From positions 1 through 48,598 of the forward strand of contig DATIHT010000093.1 in the NCBI GenBank assembly GCA_035480415.1: a stretch of DNA of 48,598 nucleotides. Reading direction: 5' to 3'. Below are positions 23,359-31,356 of the stretch, one piece after another; within the stretch, counting starts at the first letter, position 1, and each line of letters starts with the position of its first letter. This DNA comes from Candidatus Saccharimonadales bacterium (GTDB taxonomy: Bacteria > Patescibacteriota > Microgenomatia > Curtissbacterales > GWA2-41-24). A program made the translations under genes and the position numbers. Below the pieces are notes generated by a model that searched no databases, was not told the DNA's origin, and was given only the letters and a program-made list of their open reading frames with translations.

Positions 23359-24393
23359 CTACGCAGTTTTCGTTGCAACTACACATCCGACAATACCAAC
23401 ATCAAGCCCGCCCCACAAAAGCGCTTCTTTAAATCGTCCTTTGTAAAGAAATTCCATTTCGGGATCAGTCCTTACATTCATTCCTGCAAATATTTTTCTA
23501 CAGCTTTCCAAAAAATTCACTCTGCTTGTGTATTCTTCAGGACTATTACCTATTCCAATTGTAAGCATTAACCTACCGCCAGCTTTTAATTTACTTAAAA
23601 AGTTTTTAAGAAGCTTCTCCACATCTTTATCGCCTTTTTTTCTTCCGGCGCGATCTATTCTACCTTTACTGTCGAATGGATAAACGATTTTCGGGTCAAT
23701 CCTGTTCCAAAAGATAGTATCCAGTCCCAACGGAATTTCTCCATTTATAATTGCTTCACCAATAGTAGAATTAACAAACCTAACTCTGTCAAGATCAAGC
23801 CCCAGTTCATCCATCATTTCCTCGAAGTAACCTTTATATTCAGTATCGGGTTCTACGGCAATAATTTGGCCGTCTACCAAAGGAATAGCTGTTCTTACCT
23901 GTAAACCTTTATTTGCTACCCATTTTTCCGAACTATCTTCTTCGCCTAAAACTTTTACAATTTCGTCCCTGGTGGCAGGTATAATATGCGTTGCTAGTAC
24001 TTCTCCTGCAGTAGTACCAGAACCTACAAGTAACACATTTCCTCCGCGAGCATAGCCGCCTTTAAGTTCGGCTGTTCTAACAAAAGTGAACCAATCTAAA
24101 AAAGAAGGCTCTATAGACAATAAATCGGGATATAAAAACGTCAGACCTGCTTTTTCAGCAGCAGATCTCTCGTACGCGTCCTTTAAGGTATAGTGTTCCT
24201 TTTGAAACAATTCATCTAGCGCCGTAGGGTCCTTAATTAGTGCAGCATTTATCCCGCCAATAGAAGGTATTTCTCTATTCACTATGTAAGCAGCAAGTAA
24301 GTCGGTTCTGCTTTCAGCACCAGGAACATAACTTTGGTGAGCAGTAAATAAACTTGCAGATATCCCTTGAGGTCTAGTTTTTCTGTCGACCAT
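23359..24393 (-). CDS. hypothetical Rossmann-fold protein, possibly a SAM-dependent methyltransferase
   Basis: NVLLVGSGTTAGE (glycine-rich loop), IIAVEPD and LKAGGRLML resemble class I MTase motifs, but the spacing is atypical and there is a 110-aa N-terminal extension. Confidence 0.45.
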   Translation of the reverse strand: MVDRKTRPQGISASLFTAHQSYVPGAESRTDLLAAYIVNREIPSIGGINAALIKDPTALDELFQKEHYTLKDAYERSAAEKAGLTFLYPDLLSIEPSFLDWFTFVRTAELKGGYARGGNVLLVGSGTTAGEVLATHIIPATRDEIVKVLGEEDSSEKWVANKGLQVRTAIPLVDGQIIAVEPDTEYKGYFEEMMDELGLDLDRVRFVNSTIGEAIINGEIPLGLDTIFWNRIDPKIVYPFDSKGRIDRAGRKKGDKDVEKLLKNFLSKLKAGGRLMLTIGIGNSPEEYTSRVNFLESCRKIFAGMNVRTDPEMEFLYKGRFKEALLWGGLDVGIVGCVVATKTA

Positions 24394-24517
24394 AGACGCA
24401 GATTATATCAAGCACGAAGTTTAATATCAAACTATAAGCCTTTGTCCAGTAATATTTCGCGAGGCGAAATTAATTCCTCGTTTATGATAAAATTTCCTTG
24501 CTCAATAAACTTCTAAA

Positions 24518-24570
24518 GGCCCTATTCTGAACGTAGTGAAGAAGAGGGCCAAAAACGAAGTTTTTGGCCC
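24518..24570 (+). repeat. tRNA-Glu leader: duplicated GGCCCTAT plus two mutually exclusive hairpins
   Basis: GGCCCTATTCT-(11 nt)-AGAAGAGGGCC at 24518-24550. GGGCCAAAAAC-gaa-GTTTTTGGCCC at 24546-24570 overlaps the tRNA 5' end. Confidence 0.7.
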
Positions 24571-24637
24571 TATCGTCTATCGGTTAGGACGGGACCCTTT
24601 CAAGGTCTAAAGCGGGGTTCGACTCCCCGTAGGGCCA
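24566..24637 (+). tRNA. tRNA-Glu (anticodon UUC)
   Basis: Manual cloverleaf: acceptor GGCCCTA/TAGGGCC, D-stem GTCT/GGAC, anticodon stem GGACC/GGTCT with loop CTTTCAA, T-arm CGGGG-TTCGACT-CCCCG, discriminator A. CCA is not encoded. Confidence 0.9.
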
Positions 24638-24845
24638 CTATATTCGGCTTAGTTTGCAATATAATTTCTTGTCTTTCTGTCTGCATACGGCGAAAATAAT
24701 ACCACTATCTTTTTTTACGATCAACAAAATCCCATAGTTTGATTAAGACTTCAAAATCTGTTACAATACAAACCAAGCAACATTTAATTTTCTAAATCCG
24801 CACAAATCATCTTCTGTAGATTTCCCGCGTTAACGTTGCACAACT

Positions 24846-25262
24846 GTGAAGCCAAATATCTATTTAGGAATTGATGGAGTAATTTTAACCAGAGGCGTAA
24901 TACCGGCGCTGTATTTAGACAGGTTTCTTAAATACTTAATGGAAAACTTTACGGTTTCCTGGCTTTCTTCCAGATGCCGAGGCAGCAGCGAAACAACAGA
25001 CAAATATCTTTCGCAATTTTTACCAAAAAGCACCATGGATTTAATTAAAAAAATCAAACCAACGAATTTTAGCCTGGACAGAACAGAAGCTATCGATTTT
25101 AGCAAAAACTTTTTTTGGCTGGACAAGGAGTTGTTCGATTCGGAAAAAAATACTCTTAAGGCACATAACAAATACAATTCCTGGATAGAATTAAACCTTA
25201 TTGATTGTCCAAACCAATTACTTAACATAATAAACAGCAAGAATACTTTTAAAAATAACTAA
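24846..25262 (+). CDS. HAD-like small protein with a degenerate motif I
   Basis: IYLGIDGVIL resembles the HAD DxDxV motif, but the nucleophile position is Gly. A late FFWLDKE resembles motif IV. GTG start. Preferred over the fully overlapping antisense frame 24860..25240. Confidence 0.45.
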   Translation: MKPNIYLGIDGVILTRGVIPALYLDRFLKYLMENFTVSWLSSRCRGSSETTDKYLSQFLPKSTMDLIKKIKPTNFSLDRTEAIDFSKNFFWLDKELFDSEKNTLKAHNKYNSWIELNLIDCPNQLLNIINSKNTFKNN

Positions 25263-25277
25263 AGGAGGTGAAGTAAT

Positions 25278-25358
25278 TTGAACGACGACGACAAAAAAGT
25301 TGAATCTACTGACGATAAGCCAGCAGAAGCAGCAAAAACAGAAGAAGCTGCAAAGTAA
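25278..25358 (+). CDS. candidate 26-aa acidic peptide
   Basis: TTG lies 7 nt after AAGGAGGTG (25262-25270). Reads LNDDDKKVESTDDKPAEAAKTEEAAK. Not in the ORF track (too short). Composition echoes the 1533-1724 product. Confidence 0.3.
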   Translation: MNDDDKKVESTDDKPAEAAKTEEAAK

Positions 25359-25476
25359 CTTCTAGGTAATTAGATAATGGCGGGGGCTTTAAATCAAAAA
25401 TTTCCCGCCTCTAGTTATCCTTTGATATAATTCATCCATAAACTACCCAAAACCACCATCCAAACAATCTATATTT

Positions 25477-25890
25477 TTGTACACCGCATTCACATTGCTT
25501 GCGGTATTAGCATTGATTATTCTCGCAAAAATACTTAATAGACAGCCTCTATATAATTGGTGGACGTATACAAGCTTAACGTGGGCACCGATTCCTGTAA
25601 GCTTTGCCCAAGAGCTAATATTTAGGGCATTTTTACAAACAAAACTTCAAAAGCATCTTCGCCCACTGTTTGCTATTTTAATAAGTTCCGTCCTTTTTGC
25701 TTCAATTCACCTTCTGTGGAAAGACCCGCTAATCATATTTTTAGCCTTAATTGGTGGTCTTTGCTGGGGATATTTATGGTACAAACACCCAAATCTACTC
25801 CTAATTACCATTTCTCATTCAGTTATAAATTTCGCCATTATTTTCCTCGGTTTTTTCCCTTGGACAATCACAGACATAATTAAGTTTTAG
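25477..25890 (+). CDS. CPBP-family intramembrane protease (short form)
   Basis: QELIFRAF (ExxxR), FASIHL (FxxxH) and HSVINF (HxxxN) motifs in successive TM helices. TTG start. TGaTATAAT at 25423-25431 lies upstream. Confidence 0.65.
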   Translation: MYTAFTLLAVLALIILAKILNRQPLYNWWTYTSLTWAPIPVSFAQELIFRAFLQTKLQKHLRPLFAILISSVLFASIHLLWKDPLIIFLALIGGLCWGYLWYKHPNLLLITISHSVINFAIIFLGFFPWTITDIIKF

Positions 25891-25916
25891 CTAAACGGCC
25901 TATAATTCATTGTTTG

Positions 25917-25925
25917 TGCTATAAT
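25917..25925 (+). promoter_or_regulatory. extended -10 TGcTATAAT, 8 nt from ATG 25934
   Basis: Read directly. Confidence 0.5.
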
Positions 25926-25933
25926 TCTAGCCT

Positions 25934-26545
25934 ATGTCACGAATAGAAAGACACCAAGAACCAGTCACTTTTAGACCAGCGACAACCGAAGACGCGGTTT
26001 TAATAACCTCAATCGACAAAACCAATAACCAAATTGAATTAAAAGCTGTCGAAGTTTCGATAGAAGGGGAAGCAAGATATTCACCTGGAAGACTAGAAGA
26101 TGGATTGGATCGAAGAATGTACACTTATCTTGGGCGTCATGAAAACGAGGCCGAAAACTTAAATTACATTGTTCAAGATGGAGAACAAGCTGTAGGTTAC
26201 ATTCTTGCATATAGAGAACAAAAACCAGATGAAGAAGTAGTCCGTTTCGTAGATATGTCAGCAAAACCCCGTGCACGTTCACTAAGAGTAGCAAGGGCCA
26301 TGTTTCTAAAACTTGCAGAAATTCAACTAGGAGCAAACTTACCACTAGAAGGCTACGTCAGGATTAGGCCAATGTATAGATATCTTTTACAGAACCCAGT
26401 TAAAAGATGGATTTCTGATCATGGCTATGAAGTTGTAAAATTAGATGCACCGGCGGTACTGATTGATGAAAGTGTTGCCATTAAAGTTCGTCTTGAGAAT
26501 AAACTACCGTATCAGCCATCTTTACTTGCACATCAAATTGCTTAA
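25934..26545 (+). CDS. hypothetical protein, weakly GNAT-like
   Basis: The pattern QAVGYILAY...VRFVDMS...ARAMFLKLAE loosely resembles the acetyltransferase beta4-alpha3 region. There is no clear Q/RxxGxG/A motif. Confidence 0.35.
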   Translation: MSRIERHQEPVTFRPATTEDAVLITSIDKTNNQIELKAVEVSIEGEARYSPGRLEDGLDRRMYTYLGRHENEAENLNYIVQDGEQAVGYILAYREQKPDEEVVRFVDMSAKPRARSLRVARAMFLKLAEIQLGANLPLEGYVRIRPMYRYLLQNPVKRWISDHGYEVVKLDAPAVLIDESVAIKVRLENKLPYQPSLLAHQIA

Positions 26546-26547
26546 AA

Positions 26548-28356
26548 TTACTGACCGACGCGTCTGCGTTTTTCTTCCATGGGGTCCAAAACCGTTTTTC
26601 TTATCCTGATATTTTGAGGTGTAACCTCAACTAATTCATCATCGCTTATGTATTCCAAAGCATCCTCAAGATCCATCTTAAGAGGCGCAGAAAGCCGCAC
26701 AGCGACGTCTTCTCCCTTACTGCGCATGTTGGTTAGGTGTTTTTCCTTACAAACGTTAACACTAATATCTTCTGGCCTTGGGTTAATACCAATTACCTGA
26801 CCTTTATAAACCTGTACACCGGCATCTATAAAAATCTGCCCACGGTCTTGTGCATTCAAAAGCCCATAAGTTTTGGCAACGCCGGATTCGTGAACAACCA
26901 AAGAACCGTGGGTTCTGGCAAATATAGTCCCGGATTCCGGCCTGAATTCCAAAAACAAAGTGTTGAAGATCCCCAAACCCTTAGTGTCTGCAATGAACTC
27001 GCTTCTATAGCCAAAAAGTTCGCGCGTGGCAATTACGAATTCGTAAAAGGTTAATCCTTCTTCGCTTTTCATATCTACAAGTTCTGCGTGTCTGGCACCT
27101 AGTTTTTGCATAACACTACCTGCATATTCGTCCGGAGTTTCTATAAACAATTGTTCGTAAGGAGTCATCTTGTTCCCGTCTACAACTTTGGTAATCACCT
27201 GAGGCCTGGCAACCTGAAATTCGTAGCCTTCTCGCCTTAGGCGTTCTATTAAAATAGAAAGGTGCAGTTCACCCCGACCGGAAACTATCCATTCACCACG
27301 TTCGTTATCCTCAACCCTCAATGCAACATCGGTTTCCAGTTCTTTATATAAACGATCCCTAATTTGCCTGGAGGTTTTAAATTTACCTTCGTGACCGGCA
27401 AAAGGGGAGCTGTTTACACTAAAAGTCATTTTAATCGTCGGTTCTTCTATTTTTAAAATTGGCAATGCAACCGGATTCTTAACATCTGCAATCGTCTCGC
27501 CAATCGTGATGTCACCGATTCCGGAAACAGCAACGATATCGCCAGCCTCTGCACTTGCAACATCTTTTTTACCTAAACCCTCAAAAGAGGCAACAGAAAC
27601 AATGTTTGCTTTTTTCTGCCCACCTTCGGTGTTTATATGCATAACTTCCGAGTTAGAATTCAAAACTCCGTTATAAATTTTCCCGATTGCAATTCTCCCT
27701 TTATGAACATCGTAAGTAATGTTTGAAACCAGCATTTGCAAAGGAGCAGTCGAATCGCCGGATGGTGGGGGAACGTGTTCCAAAATTTGTTCAAAAACCG
27801 GGTTAATGTTTACCATCGAATTAGCATCCGGTTCCAGCCCTGCCTTACCATCTTTGGCAATTGCATAAATTGTAGGGAAAAAAGCAGTTTGGTCGTCTGC
27901 ACCAAGTTCTACAAACAAATCGAAAATCCTGTCTAGCGCATAGCTTATACGGGCATTAGGTTTATCTATCTTATTAATAACAACAATAATTTTGTGTTTT
28001 AACTTGAGAGCCTGTTTTAAAACAAAACGTGTCTGCGGCATTGGCCCTTCTTGTGCATCCACAAGCAAAAGACAGCCGTCTACCATAGAAAGCACGCGTT
28101 CAACCTCTCCGCCAAAGTCTGCATGGCCCGGAGTATCCACAATGTTTATTTTTGTGCCGTTCCACATAACAGAGGCATTCTTGGAAAAAATAGTGATTCC
28201 TCGTTCTTTCTCCAGCTCGTTTGAATCCATGATAAGATCCGAACCTTCCAGTTCTTTGGTAAGATAAGTCTTAGACTGCCTCAAAAGAGCGTCTACAAGT
28301 GTTGTTTTGCCATGATCTACGTGGGCAATAATGGCAACGTTTCGTGTGTTTATCAT
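26548..28356 (-). CDS. typA: translational GTPase TypA/BipA
   Basis: [36 protein letters not shown]. 602 aa with EF-G-like domains. Confidence 0.92.
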   Translation of the reverse strand: MINTRNVAIIAHVDHGKTTLVDALLRQSKTYLTKELEGSDLIMDSNELEKERGITIFSKNASVMWNGTKINIVDTPGHADFGGEVERVLSMVDGCLLLVDAQEGPMPQTRFVLKQALKLKHKIIVVINKIDKPNARISYALDRIFDLFVELGADDQTAFFPTIYAIAKDGKAGLEPDANSMVNINPVFEQILEHVPPPSGDSTAPLQMLVSNITYDVHKGRIAIGKIYNGVLNSNSEVMHINTEGGQKKANIVSVASFEGLGKKDVASAEAGDIVAVSGIGDITIGETIADVKNPVALPILKIEEPTIKMTFSVNSSPFAGHEGKFKTSRQIRDRLYKELETDVALRVEDNERGEWIVSGRGELHLSILIERLRREGYEFQVARPQVITKVVDGNKMTPYEQLFIETPDEYAGSVMQKLGARHAELVDMKSEEGLTFYEFVIATRELFGYRSEFIADTKGLGIFNTLFLEFRPESGTIFARTHGSLVVHESGVAKTYGLLNAQDRGQIFIDAGVQVYKGQVIGINPRPEDISVNVCKEKHLTNMRSKGEDVAVRLSAPLKMDLEDALEYISDDELVEVTPQNIRIRKTVLDPMEEKRRRVGQ

Positions 28357-28363
28357 CGGGTGT

Positions 28364-28386
28364 AAAAAAGCCGCCCACCTGGCGGC
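28364..28386 (-). terminator. GC hairpin plus T-run, 7 nt before the typA ATG
   Basis: Minus strand reads GCCGCC-aggtg-GGCGGC-TTTTTT-acacccg-ATG. Downstream of the ABC permease gene. Confidence 0.55.
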
Positions 28387-28425
28387 CTATATAATTTTAA
28401 CAGAATTGGGTACCAAAAGCGAAGG

Positions 28426-29226
28426 TTACGGCAACATCTTTCGCAAAAACGTCAGAGCAAATACAAAAAGTGTCAAAAGTACAATCGTCCCGCCTGGTGA
28501 AAGATCCAAATAAAACGAAATTATTATTCCGGCAATTACACATAAGATAGAAATTACTTCGGCAGCCAGGATTGTCCTCACAAAGCTTAGCTTTAGCTGC
28601 AAGGCAGCAACAACTGGGATAACAACGAGTGCCGAAATCAAAAGAATTCCAATTACAGGAATGGCAACGGAAATAGTTATGGCACAAAGAATAATAAAAA
28701 GAGTGTTTATTAACCCCGTCGGAATTCCGGCAACTTTTGCAGATTCTTCGTCAAAAGAAACGAACACAAGTTCCTTATAAAAAAGAACTACAAGCACAAA
28801 CACCGAAGTCCCTAAAATCCCAATCACGGTTACATCAAACGCTCTTACTGTTGCGATGCTTCCGAACAAATAGTTAAAAAGATTTACATTAAAGCCACGA
28901 GCTGCACTGATTAAAACAACAGCAAGTGCCAAGCTCCCAGAAAGGAATATCGAAAGCGCAGATTCACCGTAGACTTTTTTGGAAAGTCTTAACTTTTCTA
29001 TCACAAAAGAAGACAGGGAGGTGGCAATGATTGCAGAAATTACCGGGTTAATTTTTAACAAAAGCCCGATGGCAATTCCCGCCAAAGAAACGTGCGAAAG
29101 AGTATCGGCAATTAAAGAATAACGCCTTAAAACCAGGAAGATTCCAATCAAAGGCGCCAGAATTGCAATTACAACTCCGGCCTCCAACCCCCTTACAATA
29201 AATGCGTACCTAAAAATCTCAAACAT
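28426..29226 (-). CDS. metal ABC transporter permease (ABC-3 / ZnuB-MntB-TroC type)
   Basis: 8-9 TM segments. Typical N-terminal FxxRAL-like FIVRGLEAGVVIA. Operon context. Confidence 0.85.
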   Translation of the reverse strand: MFEIFRYAFIVRGLEAGVVIAILAPLIGIFLVLRRYSLIADTLSHVSLAGIAIGLLLKINPVISAIIATSLSSFVIEKLRLSKKVYGESALSIFLSGSLALAVVLISAARGFNVNLFNYLFGSIATVRAFDVTVIGILGTSVFVLVVLFYKELVFVSFDEESAKVAGIPTGLINTLFIILCAITISVAIPVIGILLISALVVIPVVAALQLKLSFVRTILAAEVISILCVIAGIIISFYLDLSPGGTIVLLTLFVFALTFLRKMLP

Positions 29227-29267
29227 ACTGTTTTACTACCAACTACAAACTACACGCTATCGACACA

Positions 29268-30029
29268 CTAGTGTCCATGCAGAATAAACTTGACCCCTTT
29301 TCCATAAAGTTTTTCTATATAATCGTCTTTGATAAATTTCTGTGGGTTTCCGTGATAAACAAGCTCCTCGTTAATACAGGCAAGCTCTGTGACTTCATTT
29401 GTAACAACATCAATGTCATGGGAAACAAGAATCAGCGTAATTCCGCTTTTGTTTAATTTTTCTAAAAGCTCGTAGAATCCTTCTTGCGCCTTCAAATCAA
29501 CACCCACAGTCGGCTCATCTAAAAATAAAATCTCAGGGCTCGATGCAAGCGCCCTTGCAATAAAAACTCGCTGCTGTTGTCCGGCAGAAAGGTCTCCAAT
29601 TAAACGATTTGAATAAGACTCCATACCAACTTTAACCAAAGAAACCTTTGCTGCCTCCACATCCGCACGCCCTGTACGTTTTAATAATCCTACCTTTCCG
29701 TACCTGCCCATTAAAACAACTTCCATTACAGTTGCTGGAAAATTAACATCGAAATGAACAGCTTTTTGGGGGACATAACCTATTTTTGGCCAGTCATCAA
29801 ACCTGGAAGCGTCTACACCCATCAGCTCGATAGAACCCTTGTTTGGTTTCAAAAGACAAAGCATCAGCTTCAGAAGAGTAGTTTTCCCGCCACCGTTTGG
29901 GCCGATAACACCTAAGTAATCACCCTTGTGAACAGAAAGATTAATGTCCTTTAGGACAATATTATCGCCGTAAGAAAAGGAGACATTTGTAAGTTCGACA
30001 ATAGTTTCTCCATGTTTTATGTTTTGCAT
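29268..30029 (-). CDS. metal ABC transporter ATP-binding protein
   Basis: Walker A GPNGGGKTT, signature LSAGQQQR, Walker B ILFLDEP. Confidence 0.88.
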   Translation of the reverse strand: MQNIKHGETIVELTNVSFSYGDNIVLKDINLSVHKGDYLGVIGPNGGGKTTLLKLMLCLLKPNKGSIELMGVDASRFDDWPKIGYVPQKAVHFDVNFPATVMEVVLMGRYGKVGLLKRTGRADVEAAKVSLVKVGMESYSNRLIGDLSAGQQQRVFIARALASSPEILFLDEPTVGVDLKAQEGFYELLEKLNKSGITLILVSHDIDVVTNEVTELACINEELVYHGNPQKFIKDDYIEKLYGKGVKFILHGH

Positions 30030-30928
30030 TCAAGTGCTATTTTCAAATTTTCTAAATTCTGGCGCATTACCGAAAAATAATCCGCACCTTGACCTGTTTC
30101 ATCATCGGTTAAACCCTCAAGTGGATTTAAAACCAATGTTTTAGCACCTACCTCGTTTGCGATAGTTTCTGAAAGTTTCGGTGAAACCAGGCTTTCAAAG
30201 AAAATATACTTTACATTGTTTGCCTTTGCAAATTGGGAAACCGCAGAGAGCTGTTTTAGAGAAGGCTCTTCGTCTGGAGAAAGACCGGCAATTGAAACTT
30301 GATTTAAACCATATCTGCTTGAAAGGTAACCAAAAGCGGCGTGGGAAGTAATTACATCCTTTCTGCCGCAGTTGGCCAAACCTTGTTTGTATTGTGTATT
30401 TAATAAATCTAGCTTTGCCTCTAAATCCTGGGTGTTTTTTTGATAATAAGAGGCATCTTGTGAATCAATAGAAACCAGTGCCTGGGAAATTTTCTCAACC
30501 TCTGCCTTGGCAAGTATCGGGTCTAACCAAACATGCGGGTCCTGAACATTTTGGCCATCTTCCTCTACCTGTTGTGTTAAAAGTTCTTCTGCGGCTATTA
30601 CGATAGTAGTAGTCGGACCAAGGTTTGATTTTATTTTGTCTCCCCATGCTTCAACACCGCCGTTTAAAATCAAAAGCTTACTGTTCTGAATTTTGGCAAT
30701 GTCTGCAGTGGTTGGTTCATAATCATGAGGTTCGGAACCGGCAGGAGTAATATTGACAACACTTACTTTATCCCCGCCAATTTGCGACGCAAAGAAATAC
30801 AAAGGGTAGAACGAAGTAGTAACGGCAATCCTGCTTGTTTGATCAACCTTGCTAGGTTTGTTTTTATAGAAAAGAAAACCTGCCACCAATACAAAAACTA
30901 TAACAATAGGAATAAATAAATTCTTCAT
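30017..30928 (-). CDS. metal ABC transporter substrate-binding protein (TroA/ZnuA cluster)
   Basis: EPHDYEP and DPHVWLDP metal-ligand motifs. N-terminal TM anchor. 13-nt overlap with the ATPase gene. Confidence 0.85.
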   Translation of the reverse strand: MKNLFIPIVIVFVLVAGFLFYKNKPSKVDQTSRIAVTTSFYPLYFFASQIGGDKVSVVNITPAGSEPHDYEPTTADIAKIQNSKLLILNGGVEAWGDKIKSNLGPTTTIVIAAEELLTQQVEEDGQNVQDPHVWLDPILAKAEVEKISQALVSIDSQDASYYQKNTQDLEAKLDLLNTQYKQGLANCGRKDVITSHAAFGYLSSRYGLNQVSIAGLSPDEEPSLKQLSAVSQFAKANNVKYIFFESLVSPKLSETIANEVGAKTLVLNPLEGLTDDETGQGADYFSVMRQNLENLKIALECKT

Positions 30929-30941
30929 TAACGCAACTTAC

Positions 30942-30957
30942 TTGCATTAGTATGCAA
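30942..30957. promoter_or_regulatory. inverted repeat TTGCAT-tagt-ATGCAA in the divergent metal-transporter promoter region
   Basis: Read directly. It ends 1 nt upstream of the -10-like TAAGTT (rc 30935-30940), which is 6 nt from the binding-protein ATG. Confidence 0.4.
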
Positions 30958-31003
30958 CAGCTTATATCTTTTGTCAAGAAATGTACTGTTGTATACTGAC
31001 AGT

Positions 31004-31258
31004 ATGCCAAAGGTTACACTTTACACAACCAAAACTTGTCCTTTTTGTCTTATGCAAAAAGATTATTTTGCGGACAAGGGCGTAGAGTACACAGAAATTT
31101 TGGTAGACGAACACCCTGACGAAGCAATGAAAATGATCGAAATTTCCGGCCAAATGGGTGTACCTTTTACGGTAATAGATAAGGATAATGGTGAACGAGT
31201 AACTATATTAGGTTTCGACAAAAGCAGACTTCAGTCAGAACTAGGTCTCCCCAACTAA
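31004..31258 (+). CDS. glutaredoxin-like protein (NrdH/YruB type)
   Basis: VTLYTTKTCPFC CxxC motif and GVPFTVI. ATG 31004 is preferred (TATACT 30992-30997 lies 6 nt upstream); track start is TTG 30971. Confidence 0.75.
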   Translation: MPKVTLYTTKTCPFCLMQKDYFADKGVEYTEILVDEHPDEAMKMIEISGQMGVPFTVIDKDNGERVTILGFDKSRLQSELGLPN

Positions 31259-31306
31259 AAACAAGGAACGACCAAACATATGATATTAAGGTCGCACCTT
31301 GTTTTT
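31257..31306 (+). terminator. AA/CA-loop hairpin, copy A, with flanking A-run and T-run
   Basis: AAAAACAAGG-AA-CGACC-(16-nt loop)-GGTCG-CA-CCTTGTTTTT. Immediately after the glutaredoxin-like stop. Confidence 0.6.
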
Positions 31307-31320
31307 TTACATTTACTACT

Positions 31321-31350
31321 TGATACCTGATACATGATACTTGATACACT
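31321..31350 (+). repeat. TGATAC x4 tandem array, 7-nt period; the last unit forms extended -10 TGaTACACT
   Basis: Units at 31321, 31328, 31335 and 31342. ATG 31357 is 6 nt after the last unit. Confidence 0.85.
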
Positions 31351-31356
31351 TAAGTA

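Noticed and set aside
24860-25240. 126-aa minus-strand ORF almost coextensive with the HAD-like gene.
   Set aside because: The plus frame carries the HAD-like N-terminal motif and a following SD-led ORF. The minus frame has no recognisable feature, so only one of the two is likely real.
24638-26545. Integrative island at tRNA-Glu.
   Set aside because: There is no integrase or recombinase. I could find no downstream direct repeat of the tRNA 3' end by eye. The gene content is small and nondescript. This cannot be supported.
31321-31350. Possibility that the tandem arrays (here, 37944-37979 and 16154-16246) are CRISPR arrays.
   Set aside because: The periods are 7-9 nt with no unique spacers. 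No cas genes are present, and the array length is below 100 nt.
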